DNA from: an uncultured archaeon
GTDB taxonomy: Archaea > Aenigmatarchaeota > Aenigmatarchaeia > Aenigmatarchaeales > Aenigmatarchaeaceae
Length of the DNA: 64,000 nucleotides
Reading direction: 5' to 3'
Assembly: GCA_964353745.1 (NCBI GenBank)
Contig: CAYGWD010000001.1
Location: forward strand, 3,440 to 67,439
Under the pieces are notes generated by a model. The model saw only the letters and a list, made by a program, of their open reading frames with translations. It searched no databases and was not told where the DNA came from. Positions 50,653 through 59,961 of this stretch are shown piece by piece; the first letter of the stretch is position 1; each line of letters opens with the position of its first letter. A program made the translations under genes and the position numbers.

Positions 50653-52122
50653 TTAGAGTACTTTAAGTACTGCATTGTCTTGATTCTGATAAACTATGCT
50701 AAAGCTATTGTTAGCATTTAATGTTGTTTTAACAAATTGATAGCTAAAGACTGCAGCTAAGTTTGCATGCGGCACAATATAACTCTCTGAAACAACACCA
50801 CTCCATATAACTATGTAAGAAACATTGTATTTCTTTAATATGCTATTAATATACGTAGCATTATCTGTAGTCATTATCTTATCGAATTCCACAATTTGTG
50901 TCCATATATCTTTCCTGTCGGCATAGTTTCTTAAACTACCGCTATAAGTTGTGAACACTGATGCATCTTTCGGTGTATTACTCTTTACCCATTCCAGTGC
51001 TTGTACATAGCTCTGCGGAAATCTTACAGATTCAGAGGTTGCTAATCCAATGGATATACTTGAATAAAACGCAAAAATCACAATCGGCACTAATAAAATC
51101 ATTAAATATTTATTTTTTTCTTTAAGCTTATACAAGAAATAACCTCCCATCAAAGCTAACTGAGGAAACACTATCATAAGATATCTATCTTCTGCAATCA
51201 CTTTCCCTAAGCTGTACAATGTTAAAAACATCGCTAAAAATATAAGAAACAATAATGCTGACAATTCTATTGATTTAGGGTTCTGTCTTCTATCAAAAAA
51301 TATGTAAAGTGAACCGAATATGCCAACAACTAATGGTATCCACCCAAAAGCTGATATAAAGTAATCAAGAGTCAAGAGCGGTGATGTAATTGATGAGCCC
51401 GGCCCTATCCAACCTGCAGCATAAGATGTTGTAGGAACTAACATGTCAATAACTATAAAATGCGGGTAATTGAAAATCAATGTATTTCTTACTATATAAG
51501 GCATTATAACTATAATTGAAATTCCTAAAGCCAAAAGTGCCAATTTGAATTGTTGCTTATCTTTCTTAAAAATGTAAAGACATGCCGAATAAAATGCAAA
51601 AATCATAATAATGTAGAAAGTGCTAACTTTTGCAAAATAAGATATACCTATCATAGAGCCTAGCACAATTGACTTTTTCTTGGAATCTATGTTTACAGCC
51701 ATATATGTGAGTAAAGCTGAGAAGAAGGCAGTCGGCACATCAACATATGCTAACAATGACATACTAGTAAAGATCGGTATTAAAAGAAGAATTGCCACAG
51801 AGAATATCCCAACATAGATGTTTATTTTCTTACCAATAAGATAGACTAGCACCAATGTTAAAAAACCAAAAATTGCTGTAATCATTTTTGCTATTGAAAG
51901 TGATGTACCGAATATTAAAAATAAAATACTATAAAGAAGTGGTATAAATGGTGGATCTAAAGTCGGTACAAGGATAAGTTTAGCTAATTGCTCGCCTGAA
52001 TAAATATACCCTGCTTCGTCCTCACCAAGAAATGCAGTTTTAGAGGCTAGATGCATATCGAAAATTCCAAGCACTGTAATTATCAATAAAAATGCAAGTT
52101 CTATTTTTTTATTTTTATTCAT
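50653..52122 (-). CDS. GT-C fold membrane glycosyltransferase (ArnT/PMT_2-like), second copy
   Basis: EDEAGYIYSGEQL loop motif. More than 10 TM helices. Confidence 0.55.
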   Translation of the reverse strand: MNKNKKIELAFLLIITVLGIFDMHLASKTAFLGEDEAGYIYSGEQLAKLILVPTLDPPFIPLLYSILFLIFGTSLSIAKMITAIFGFLTLVLVYLIGKKINIYVGIFSVAILLLIPIFTSMSLLAYVDVPTAFFSALLTYMAVNIDSKKKSIVLGSMIGISYFAKVSTFYIIMIFAFYSACLYIFKKDKQQFKLALLALGISIIVIMPYIVRNTLIFNYPHFIVIDMLVPTTSYAAGWIGPGSSITSPLLTLDYFISAFGWIPLVVGIFGSLYIFFDRRQNPKSIELSALLFLIFLAMFLTLYSLGKVIAEDRYLMIVFPQLALMGGYFLYKLKEKNKYLMILLVPIVIFAFYSSISIGLATSESVRFPQSYVQALEWVKSNTPKDASVFTTYSGSLRNYADRKDIWTQIVEFDKIMTTDNATYINSILKKYNVSYIVIWSGVVSESYIVPHANLAAVFSYQFVKTTLNANNSFSIVYQNQDNAVLKVL

Positions 52123-52169
52123 TTTCTCATCCTATTAGTTTTATAATCTAAAGTTTAAAAGCATTATAA

Positions 52170-53582
52170 TCATGAAAAATAGTCTAAAAATGATTTGAAG
52201 CCGAACAACTTCCTTTTAATGTCGGAAACACTTCTTATGTTTGTTATCATCCTAAATATTTGATTTGGTCTCAGATAAAACTCCTTGAGAGCCTTGTCTA
52301 TGTAATGATCAATCTCCTTCTTTGAGAATTGCGGATAGTTTAATATGGTAACCTGTTCCTTTTCAGGGGAGACCCATTCTGTCCAGTCTTTGGGAACCAA
52401 GTAGCCATTTTGTTTTGCCCACTCATATATTGGCGTGCCGGGATAAGCTGTTATGCCACTAAACTGGGCAGTATCCAGAGGCAAGCTCTTGGCAAAATCG
52501 ATAGTCTTCTGTGCTTCCTTTGGGGTCTCGCCTGGGAATCCGAACATGAAACAGCCATGAAGTATGAAACCTAATTTATGTGCAGCTTTGCTAAATCTTT
52601 TACTTTGCTCGATTGTCACTCTTTTACAAACTGCATCCAAGCACCTCTGATTTCCACTTTCATACCCGATCATCAACATTCTGCAACCCGCTTTCTTCAT
52701 TATAGGCAGCAATGATAAATCAATGTCAACCCTTACGTTACAACTCCACTTTATATTAAGTTTTCTCCTTTTCAGCTCATTGCAAAATTCTTTAACGTGC
52801 TTTGGGGATGCTGTGAAAGTGTCTGTCTCAATCATGAACTCTTGAATTTGCGGAAAGAGTTGCAGGTCATACTCGATTTCGTCAACAATGCTTTCTGCAG
52901 ACCTGGGCCTGAAAATTCTTTTGAACAGTAAAGGGGTGCTGACGCAAAATGTACAATAATTAGGACAACCTCTGCCAGTTATCAGAGTTATGAACGGATA
53001 CAATTTTCCAGGGTCTGGATAATCTTCTATTTTAATGTGATGCCATGCAGGAAAAGGCAATTCGTCTACGTTCTGTATAGGCGGTCTTGATTTGTTCCTG
53101 TATATTTTATTATTTTTTCTGTAAGCAATGCCTAAAATTTTATTAATGGCTTTTTTATTTGCCAAGTCACGCAAGGTGTAATCGAATTCGCCGTAAGCTA
53201 CAACATCTATTAGTCTGTCTATCTTTAACGACTCTTCGGGCAAAGCAGAAACGTGAGGACCAATCAAAACAGTCATTATCTTTTTGTTCTTTTCCTTAAT
53301 CAATCTACCATGGTGTATGTCGCTATATATCGACGGCGTGGTGCAATAAATAACAACCATCTCTGGATTGAAATCCAGAACTCGCTTTACCAAAGCTTTT
53401 TCATGGATGTCGTGAGTGGTGGCATCAATGAACTGCACCTCATGCCCGTCCATTTCAAGAACAGCAACAGCAGTAAGGAAATATTCCGGATGTCTGAAAC
53501 ATCTACTACGGCTCTTGGTATACCAGCGAGCAGACTTTGAAAAATCCTTGCCATAGCTTGGAATTATAGCCGAGACTCTCAT
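52170..53582 (-). CDS. B12-binding-domain radical SAM enzyme (paralogue 7)
   Basis: ITGRGCPNYCTFC. Confidence 0.75.
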   Translation of the reverse strand: MRVSAIIPSYGKDFSKSARWYTKSRSRCFRHPEYFLTAVAVLEMDGHEVQFIDATTHDIHEKALVKRVLDFNPEMVVIYCTTPSIYSDIHHGRLIKEKNKKIMTVLIGPHVSALPEESLKIDRLIDVVAYGEFDYTLRDLANKKAINKILGIAYRKNNKIYRNKSRPPIQNVDELPFPAWHHIKIEDYPDPGKLYPFITLITGRGCPNYCTFCVSTPLLFKRIFRPRSAESIVDEIEYDLQLFPQIQEFMIETDTFTASPKHVKEFCNELKRRKLNIKWSCNVRVDIDLSLLPIMKKAGCRMLMIGYESGNQRCLDAVCKRVTIEQSKRFSKAAHKLGFILHGCFMFGFPGETPKEAQKTIDFAKSLPLDTAQFSGITAYPGTPIYEWAKQNGYLVPKDWTEWVSPEKEQVTILNYPQFSKKEIDHYIDKALKEFYLRPNQIFRMITNIRSVSDIKRKLFGFKSFLDYFS

Positions 53583-53635
53583 TTTATCTACACCTTAGAT
53601 TATAATATCAGGATTATTTATTTAAATTAGAAATT

Positions 53636-54679
53636 CTAGACGTGTTCCAATACCCTCTTAAGGCCTTCGTCTATCTTTATTGTGGGTTCGTACCCGAGCA
53701 ATTTCTTGGCCTTTTCTATATTGGGGCATCTTCTTTTCGGATCGTCTTTTATGTTATAATGAGCTGGCTGTGAGTTGATCTTGATTTCTGATCTAGAACC
53801 TGTAGTTTTTATTATTTTCTTGGCCAAGTCTAGAATTGTAATTTCTTTGTCATTCCCTATGTTTATTATTTCCCCATCTAAGCCATCAGTTAAAAGTAAT
53901 TTAAATAAACCAATCATGGTGTCCACGACATAGCAAAAGCTTCTGGTTTGTTTTCCATCCCCAAATATAGTTATAGGCTCGTTAGCTTTGGCCTGTCTGA
54001 CAAAATTAATCAGCGCCCTACCATAAGTCGTTGCCAAGCCTGAGTCAAGCCGATCCCCAAAAGTATTGAATATCCTAGCTATTCTTACCGGCACTCCATG
54101 CTTTTTCCAATAATAATAGGTGTATGTTTCTGCAACCCTCTTTCCCTCGTCATACATGGCTCTTGAACTGGTGGTGTGTATTATGCCGTGAAACGTCTCT
54201 GGTGTCGGTATCACATCGTCTGGCGGATTGCCGTATATCTCGCTCGTGCTCGTCAAAAGAAAGCCTTTAATTTTATTTTTAATTCCCAATTCTAACATCT
54301 TCTTTGTCGCTATGACAGAAGAGTCCAATGTTTCTATGGGATGCTCAAAATAAACCATCGGCGATGCTATGCATGCCATATGTATGATGTAATCAATCTT
54401 CTCGTCGGCGTTGTAGTTCAAGATGTCGTCCTGCACGAACTTGAAGTTCTTTTTGCTCAATAGGTGGCCTATGTTTTCTTTGGTTCCCACAATTAGGTTG
54501 TCGACACAGATTATGTCAGCGCCAAACTCATTCAACACGTCGCAGAACCAGCTTCCCAAAAAACCTGCTCCGCCTGTCACAAGGAACGTGTGCCCTCTTA
54601 TCTTGTCTTCAAACTCGCTCAAGTTATCAACAATCTCTTTCAAGTCTTTTTTTATTCTTTCATTAATCATGTCAATCAA
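53636..54679 (-). CDS. UDP-glucuronate decarboxylase-like extended SDR (UXS/ArnA-C type)
   Basis: FLVTGGAGFLGS and the UXS-like catalytic block MYDEGKRVAE. Confidence 0.6.
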   Translation of the reverse strand: MIDMINERIKKDLKEIVDNLSEFEDKIRGHTFLVTGGAGFLGSWFCDVLNEFGADIICVDNLIVGTKENIGHLLSKKNFKFVQDDILNYNADEKIDYIIHMACIASPMVYFEHPIETLDSSVIATKKMLELGIKNKIKGFLLTSTSEIYGNPPDDVIPTPETFHGIIHTTSSRAMYDEGKRVAETYTYYYWKKHGVPVRIARIFNTFGDRLDSGLATTYGRALINFVRQAKANEPITIFGDGKQTRSFCYVVDTMIGLFKLLLTDGLDGEIINIGNDKEITILDLAKKIIKTTGSRSEIKINSQPAHYNIKDDPKRRCPNIEKAKKLLGYEPTIKIDEGLKRVLEHV

Positions 54680-55527
54680 TCTCTAAACACTTCGTGGCTC
54701 TTCTCTAAAGCTATCTTATAGCTCTCTGGTTTTCCAATATCTATTCTGACTTCATTTTCTCCTATTTCTTTTGCATAAACATCGTGATTATTATTTATCA
54801 TTTCCTGTATGGCGTCTGTTAGTTGCTTTTCCTGGTTGACCCCAAGGGAGATTTTCTCTATTGCATTGAATATTTCAGGACTAAAAATATATATGCCAAC
54901 TGCTGTCAAGTTTGAAAGCGGCATCTTGGGTTTCTCAATTATATTTGTTACCTTATACAGGTCTGTACCAATGAGATTGCCTACAATGACTCCGAATCTT
55001 TCAGGATTGGGAACTTTTTCAGCAGAAAGAACAGCCTTAGCGTTGAATTTCTCAAAAGTGAGTATGATATCTTTAATAAAACTATAATTAGGAGAGTGAA
55101 TGTAATCGTCGCCTGCCCATACTATGAAGTTGTCAGAACCAACAAAGGATTTAGCCCTGTAGACAGCGTCCCCAAAACCAATCGGATATGGCTGGTTCTT
55201 CCAGATAATCTCTGAATTTTCTAGCATGTTATAGAACTTTTCCAAATGCTTTGCGGCATTGTTGTTTTTGCTCTTTAAATATTGTAGGTAAGCTATGTCG
55301 GGTGTGAAGTGATCCTCTATGCTTCTCTTGCCTCTGCCTACGATAAAGCAGAATTCTCTGATTCCTATGTTATAGAGCTGTTCAAAAGAAACTTGAAGCA
55401 ATGGTTTAACTAGAACCTCGTCGCCTTCCCTATAAAATATGGGAAGCATCTCTCTAGGAAATTCTTTTGTGTAAGGCAAAAATCTTGTTCCCAAACCTCC
55501 TGCTGTTATTACCGCTTTTTTTATCAT
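54676..55527 (-). CDS. galU: UTP-glucose-1-phosphate uridylyltransferase-like sugar nucleotidyltransferase
   Basis: KAVITAGGLGTRFLPYTKEFPREMLPI. Confidence 0.7.
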   Translation of the reverse strand: MIKKAVITAGGLGTRFLPYTKEFPREMLPIFYREGDEVLVKPLLQVSFEQLYNIGIREFCFIVGRGKRSIEDHFTPDIAYLQYLKSKNNNAAKHLEKFYNMLENSEIIWKNQPYPIGFGDAVYRAKSFVGSDNFIVWAGDDYIHSPNYSFIKDIILTFEKFNAKAVLSAEKVPNPERFGVIVGNLIGTDLYKVTNIIEKPKMPLSNLTAVGIYIFSPEIFNAIEKISLGVNQEKQLTDAIQEMINNNHDVYAKEIGENEVRIDIGKPESYKIALEKSHEVFRD

Positions 55528-56438
55528 TCTCTGACACCATATTTTTTCTTCATAATTTCATTAACATGCTCTATAGCCTTGAGGAAAACAGGGTCATGAT
55601 CAAGATTTTTTTCCACATGCCTTATCATTGCTCTCAAATCCTTGGGAAAGCATTTGCCACCGAAAGCCTTGCCACAAACAGTTCCATACTTTCCTATTCT
55701 CTTGTCCAGACCAACTATGTCAGCGACTTTTTGCCCGTCTATTCCCATTTTTTCACATATCTGATATAGTTCATTGAAATATGATATTGAAGCTGCTAGA
55801 CGAAGATTGTTAGCATATTTTATTATCTCTGCTGTCTTATAATCTGTTCTTATAATCGGTGAGTTCAAGTGCTTTAACAAATTTTCAACTTCATCCCCGA
55901 ATTTCTTATTGCTGCCTTCTCCTATGACTATCTTGTCCTCTGTTTTGAAGTCTCTCTTGAATTCTGGGTCGTCAGTCCAGCTGTGAGCTATCTCTGTCAG
56001 GAATTCTGGCATAAATATTACACCGAAATCAATGTTGGCTTTCTTTCTCGAATGCTTTTCTAAGTTAGGTATTATAATAGACTCCGTGGTTCCTGGAACC
56101 ATTGTTGACTTGAAAACAAAAACATGAGATTTGCCCTTCTTGGATAGAACCTTGGACAAATCCTCTGACACCTTTTCTATAAAACTCAAATCAATGCCTT
56201 CCTCGGTTGAAGGTGTAGGAACTGCTATAAAGGAAATGTCAGTATTATTTAATGCATATTCCAAATTGTCTGTGGCATCAAATCCTTCAGATTTTATTTT
56301 TTCAACAGTGCTCTTGTTGATATCATAGAAAATTACTTTATTGCTTTCCAAAAACCCTTTTCCTACTATTTGACCAACGACCCCAGAACCGATTATGCTA
56401 ATTCTTTTCATTTCACTACCTTTCATTAAATAAGTCAA
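55524..56438 (-). CDS. UDP-glucose/GDP-mannose dehydrogenase family protein, short form lacking C-terminal UDP-binding domain
   Basis: N-terminal ISIIGSGVVGQ. Catalytic-Cys motif GGKCFPKDL. The ORF ends about 40 aa after it (304 aa versus the typical 430 or so). Confidence 0.6.
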   Translation of the reverse strand: MTYLMKGSEMKRISIIGSGVVGQIVGKGFLESNKVIFYDINKSTVEKIKSEGFDATDNLEYALNNTDISFIAVPTPSTEEGIDLSFIEKVSEDLSKVLSKKGKSHVFVFKSTMVPGTTESIIIPNLEKHSRKKANIDFGVIFMPEFLTEIAHSWTDDPEFKRDFKTEDKIVIGEGSNKKFGDEVENLLKHLNSPIIRTDYKTAEIIKYANNLRLAASISYFNELYQICEKMGIDGQKVADIVGLDKRIGKYGTVCGKAFGGKCFPKDLRAMIRHVEKNLDHDPVFLKAIEHVNEIMKKKYGVRE

Positions 56439-56511
56439 AACCGTATATATATCTTACCTTTATACTACCTAATCCGATAAATATTTAAATATTAGTCAAG
56501 ATAGCATTATC

Positions 56512-57300
56512 ATGAAAGAAAAGATTTCTGTAACAATTGATAGCAACGTATTGAAAGAGATAGAGCCTTTGATAGACGGTATAAAGATACGAAACAAATC
56601 GCAAGCAGTAGAGTTTTTGCTCAGAAAAACTCTTTCTGAAAATAGAAACGCTGTGATACTGGTTGGAGGCCCTGAAGACAAACTAAAAATCAACGGAGTA
56701 TTAAAGCCGTTGGTAAAAATAAAAAATAAAACTGTCATAGAGCATATGATCGATAATTTCAAGAAATACAAATTTTCGAACGTCTACATAGTAGGTAGAA
56801 AAAACATCTTAAGCGAGATTTTCAAAACAATCGGGGACGGCTCATCATACGATGTTAACTTTAATTATGTTGAAGAGAAAGACGAAAAATCCGTGACTCT
56901 GCAGGATTCTGCTAGAACCCTAAAGCTATTGAAAGGAAAAATAAAATCACCGTTCATTTGCTCCTACTGTGATATAGTATTTGACTATGACCTCGATGTA
57001 ATATGGAATTTCCACAGCAGCAACAAGAATATGGTTACTAGTTTGCTAAAGACCACACAGACGCCTAGGAAATGGGGAGTAGTAACTGTCAACGGCAATA
57101 AAATAATGAAGTTTGTAGAAAAGCCGAAGAATGTCAACTCTAATTTGGTCTACACAGGAATTTTCATCTCCGAACCTGATATACTTGAAATTCCCGGTAA
57201 CTCTTTAGAATACGAGATATTTCCGAAACTGGCAGAGGAAGAGAAGTTGGCAGGATATATATGTTCCGGAAACAGCAAACACATACATGAAAAAAATTAA
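56512..57300 (+). CDS. ribbon-helix-helix domain fused to a degenerate sugar nucleotidyltransferase-like domain
   Basis: N-terminal ISVTIDSNVLKEIE...RNKSQAVEFLLRKTL is CopG/RHH-like. It is followed by VILVGGPEDK...LKPLVKIKNKTVIEHMI, an NTP-transferase fold lacking the canonical GxGTRL. Confidence 0.45.
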   Translation: MKEKISVTIDSNVLKEIEPLIDGIKIRNKSQAVEFLLRKTLSENRNAVILVGGPEDKLKINGVLKPLVKIKNKTVIEHMIDNFKKYKFSNVYIVGRKNILSEIFKTIGDGSSYDVNFNYVEEKDEKSVTLQDSARTLKLLKGKIKSPFICSYCDIVFDYDLDVIWNFHSSNKNMVTSLLKTTQTPRKWGVVTVNGNKIMKFVEKPKNVNSNLVYTGIFISEPDILEIPGNSLEYEIFPKLAEEEKLAGYICSGNSKHIHEKN

Positions 57301-57332
57301 ATAGGTCAAAGCTAATATCTCAAGGGATAAAA

Positions 57333-57866
57333 ATGAAAATAATGGTAGTCGGAGTTGGCAAGCTAGGCTCTCAAGTGGCCTTTCTAGCTCTGCTAAGGCT
57401 AAGACCACAAAAACTGATACTTTCTGATGTAAAGGATTTGTCTGGGGATATTTTGGATTTACAACATGCATGCAAAGGCTTGAACATAAACACTGATATA
57501 ACAGAGAAAAAGGAGCCTTGTGATTTTATAATAATAACAGCAGGCACGGCGAGGAATGAAAAAATAAAAACTCATGAGGAGCTCTTCAAGATAAACACGC
57601 CTCTCATGAAAGAGCTAATCAAAGAACTGAAAGGCTGCATCGAAAAAGACACGAAGATAATAGTCATGACAAATCCCGTGGAAGAAATGACAAAATTAGT
57701 CAAAGAAACTCTTCCTGAGAATTTTGTGGCAAACCCAGAGAAGATACTCATGAAGATGAGGGATAACAAAGAACTTGGCTGGGAAATCGTTTCAACAAAA
57801 GGCTATAGCAATTTTGGCCCGGCTGTTTCCGCAATATTACTGATTGAAGAAATTAATAAAGCCTAA
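57333..57866 (+). CDS. LDH/MDH-like NAD-binding domain protein (177 aa, lacks catalytic domain)
   Basis: MKIMVVGVGKLGSQVAF, DLQH, IIITAGTARNEK and IVMTNPVEEMT follow the L-lactate/malate dehydrogenase N-domain. The ORF stops before the catalytic His region. Confidence 0.5.
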   Translation: MKIMVVGVGKLGSQVAFLALLRLRPQKLILSDVKDLSGDILDLQHACKGLNINTDITEKKEPCDFIIITAGTARNEKIKTHEELFKINTPLMKELIKELKGCIEKDTKIIVMTNPVEEMTKLVKETLPENFVANPEKILMKMRDNKELGWEIVSTKGYSNFGPAVSAILLIEEINKA

Positions 57867-58910
57867 TCATCTAGCTTTGGCAAACTTTACCGCTCTATCC
57901 AGATCTTCTACGATGCCAACCGCAGTTTCAACGTTGCAAGGATTCTCTCCCTTGCCTTCAAAGAAATCGACTGCTCTTTGCTGATGAAATCTCATATGAT
58001 TATCATCAACGCTATCAATCTTTTCCATGTTTCCATTTTGGTAGACGAATACAATACTCTGACCTCTAGGTTTATTTGGCATTGGTTCGAAAATTCCCCC
58101 AACAGTTACAAACCTTTCTTCAACAAGCATTACTCTGTATCTTTCGTCTGGATTTTTAATGTTATATTTAGGCAATTTATCAGAATCTGGTAATCTAACA
58201 TCAGTGTTTCCTATCATTGAAGTAAAGAAATGAACAAAAGAGCCGTCCTTTGCCCTGTAGTCCAGTAAAGCTTCGCCTTGGTCCTCCACAACATTACCAT
58301 TGGATAACATCATAGGTCTAAAAACAGAATTTGTGATTTCCTTTATTCTTCTGTCACCACCAGAACCGACAACACACGTCTCCATGTGTGTTCCTTCATA
58401 ACCGAATGCTCCCAATTCTTTATCAAGGAATCTTCCTTTTTCAACATCAGGGATTCTATTCTTACTAAATTCAATTGAAATTGATGGTCTTTTCATTTCA
58501 AACTCTTCTACATATTTTCTGATTTTTTGTGTAACTTGGGAAGACATATAATTTTCGTTAACAACTAACTTTGCTTTTTCAAACTTTTTCTCTAGCATCC
58601 TTAACTTTTCTGTTTCTGAAGGCATACAAACTGGTTTTTCAACCAGTATTCTAGCGGCAGGGTACTGCGAAAGAATTTCTTTAACAACGCTAAAATGAGA
58701 ATCGGTCGGTGTTGTCACATCAAAATAATCCGGCTCTGGACCGCACATCAGCATCTCTTCCAGACTCCTGTAAAAATACATTTGCGAAGTTTGAAATTCT
58801 TTTATTTTTTGGGGGTCGTTATCAAATACCCCTATCATTTCTGCTTCTGGAAAAGTATTTTTGTGAATTCTTGCGGCATTTCCATATCCTATTACATTTT
58901 TTGTTACCAT
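57867..58910 (-). CDS. Gfo/Idh/MocA-family NAD(P)-dependent oxidoreductase
   Basis: N-terminal Rossmann VIGYGNAARIHK...IGVFD. EKP helix motif. Confidence 0.55.
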   Translation of the reverse strand: MVTKNVIGYGNAARIHKNTFPEAEMIGVFDNDPQKIKEFQTSQMYFYRSLEEMLMCGPEPDYFDVTTPTDSHFSVVKEILSQYPAARILVEKPVCMPSETEKLRMLEKKFEKAKLVVNENYMSSQVTQKIRKYVEEFEMKRPSISIEFSKNRIPDVEKGRFLDKELGAFGYEGTHMETCVVGSGGDRRIKEITNSVFRPMMLSNGNVVEDQGEALLDYRAKDGSFVHFFTSMIGNTDVRLPDSDKLPKYNIKNPDERYRVMLVEERFVTVGGIFEPMPNKPRGQSIVFVYQNGNMEKIDSVDDNHMRFHQQRAVDFFEGKGENPCNVETAVGIVEDLDRAVKFAKAR

Positions 58911-58946
58911 AGTTATATTAAAACAGAAAACTTTAAATTACTTTTG

Positions 58947-59918
58947 TCAGAACAACAGGTCCCCATCAAACCAGATTTCTTTAGGCGTTAAGAAGGATGC
59001 TTTTTTACCTAAAAACTTTCCTGCAAACAAGGTCATTTTAGAGTAAAATATCTTTGGTTCGAAAAATCTCTTAATTTCATTGTCATATTCTTTAAAATTA
59101 GGAAAGTTTTTCAAGAGAAAGTTGCAAGCTGTTAAACCCCAGATAACACCACCTCTAGAGGTTGGTTTTGTCAAACCTATGGCATCTCCGCAAAGAGCAA
59201 CTCTTCCTGCTTCCGCATTAACCAATCCTTCAGGTATTATGTGCGAATAAATTTTCTGAGGTTTAATTCTTTTAGACTTGCAAAATTTATTGAACTTATC
59301 CTTTGCTTTGTCCAAATCTTCTAATAAACCATATTCAATGCTAGAACCCCTAGGTATAACCCAAGCAAAACCGTTCTCAGAAGGGTAAACATCAACAAAG
59401 TTCGATTTATTCTTTTTGCTTTTGTACGTGTATATTCCTAGCTTATACTTTGGCTCCTTGATACCAACTGATCTTCTCACGATTGAGTTGAAACCATCAC
59501 AACCTATTAGGTAGTCAAACTCATATACCTTGTCAGCTAGTATCTGCGGTTTCTTATCCTTGAAAAAATAAACTTTCTTTACCTCATTGTTAAGAAGTAT
59601 GTTTGCTCCACTCTCCTTTGCAAGCTTTGAAACGTATTGATCCAACAATTTCCTATTCATGACAAGCATTCGAGGATGAAACTTTAGCTTGACATCTTTG
59701 TTTGGAAAATGAACTATGGCTTCGTCAATGAAATTCTCTATCAACTTCTCATTCTTTGGTATGAAGTTCCAAATCCTCTCGGATATCAAACCCGAGCAAG
59801 GTTTCTCTCCTATTACTTTGTTCTTTTCAAAGACAGTAACATCGTTTTCCTTGGAGAGTTTCCAAGCTAAGAAAGAACCGTTAATGCTGCAACCAACTAT
59901 GCCTACTCTACTTTTCAC
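58947..59918 (-). CDS. geranylgeranyl-reductase-family FAD-dependent oxidoreductase
   Basis: GIVGCSINGSFLA dinucleotide-binding motif and the GGR-like KPCSGLIS. Confidence 0.5.
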   Translation of the reverse strand: MKSRVGIVGCSINGSFLAWKLSKENDVTVFEKNKVIGEKPCSGLISERIWNFIPKNEKLIENFIDEAIVHFPNKDVKLKFHPRMLVMNRKLLDQYVSKLAKESGANILLNNEVKKVYFFKDKKPQILADKVYEFDYLIGCDGFNSIVRRSVGIKEPKYKLGIYTYKSKKNKSNFVDVYPSENGFAWVIPRGSSIEYGLLEDLDKAKDKFNKFCKSKRIKPQKIYSHIIPEGLVNAEAGRVALCGDAIGLTKPTSRGGVIWGLTACNFLLKNFPNFKEYDNEIKRFFEPKIFYSKMTLFAGKFLGKKASFLTPKEIWFDGDLLF

Positions 59919-59961
59919 AAGTTCTATTTAATTTTAAATACTTTTATATCATATCTATTTT

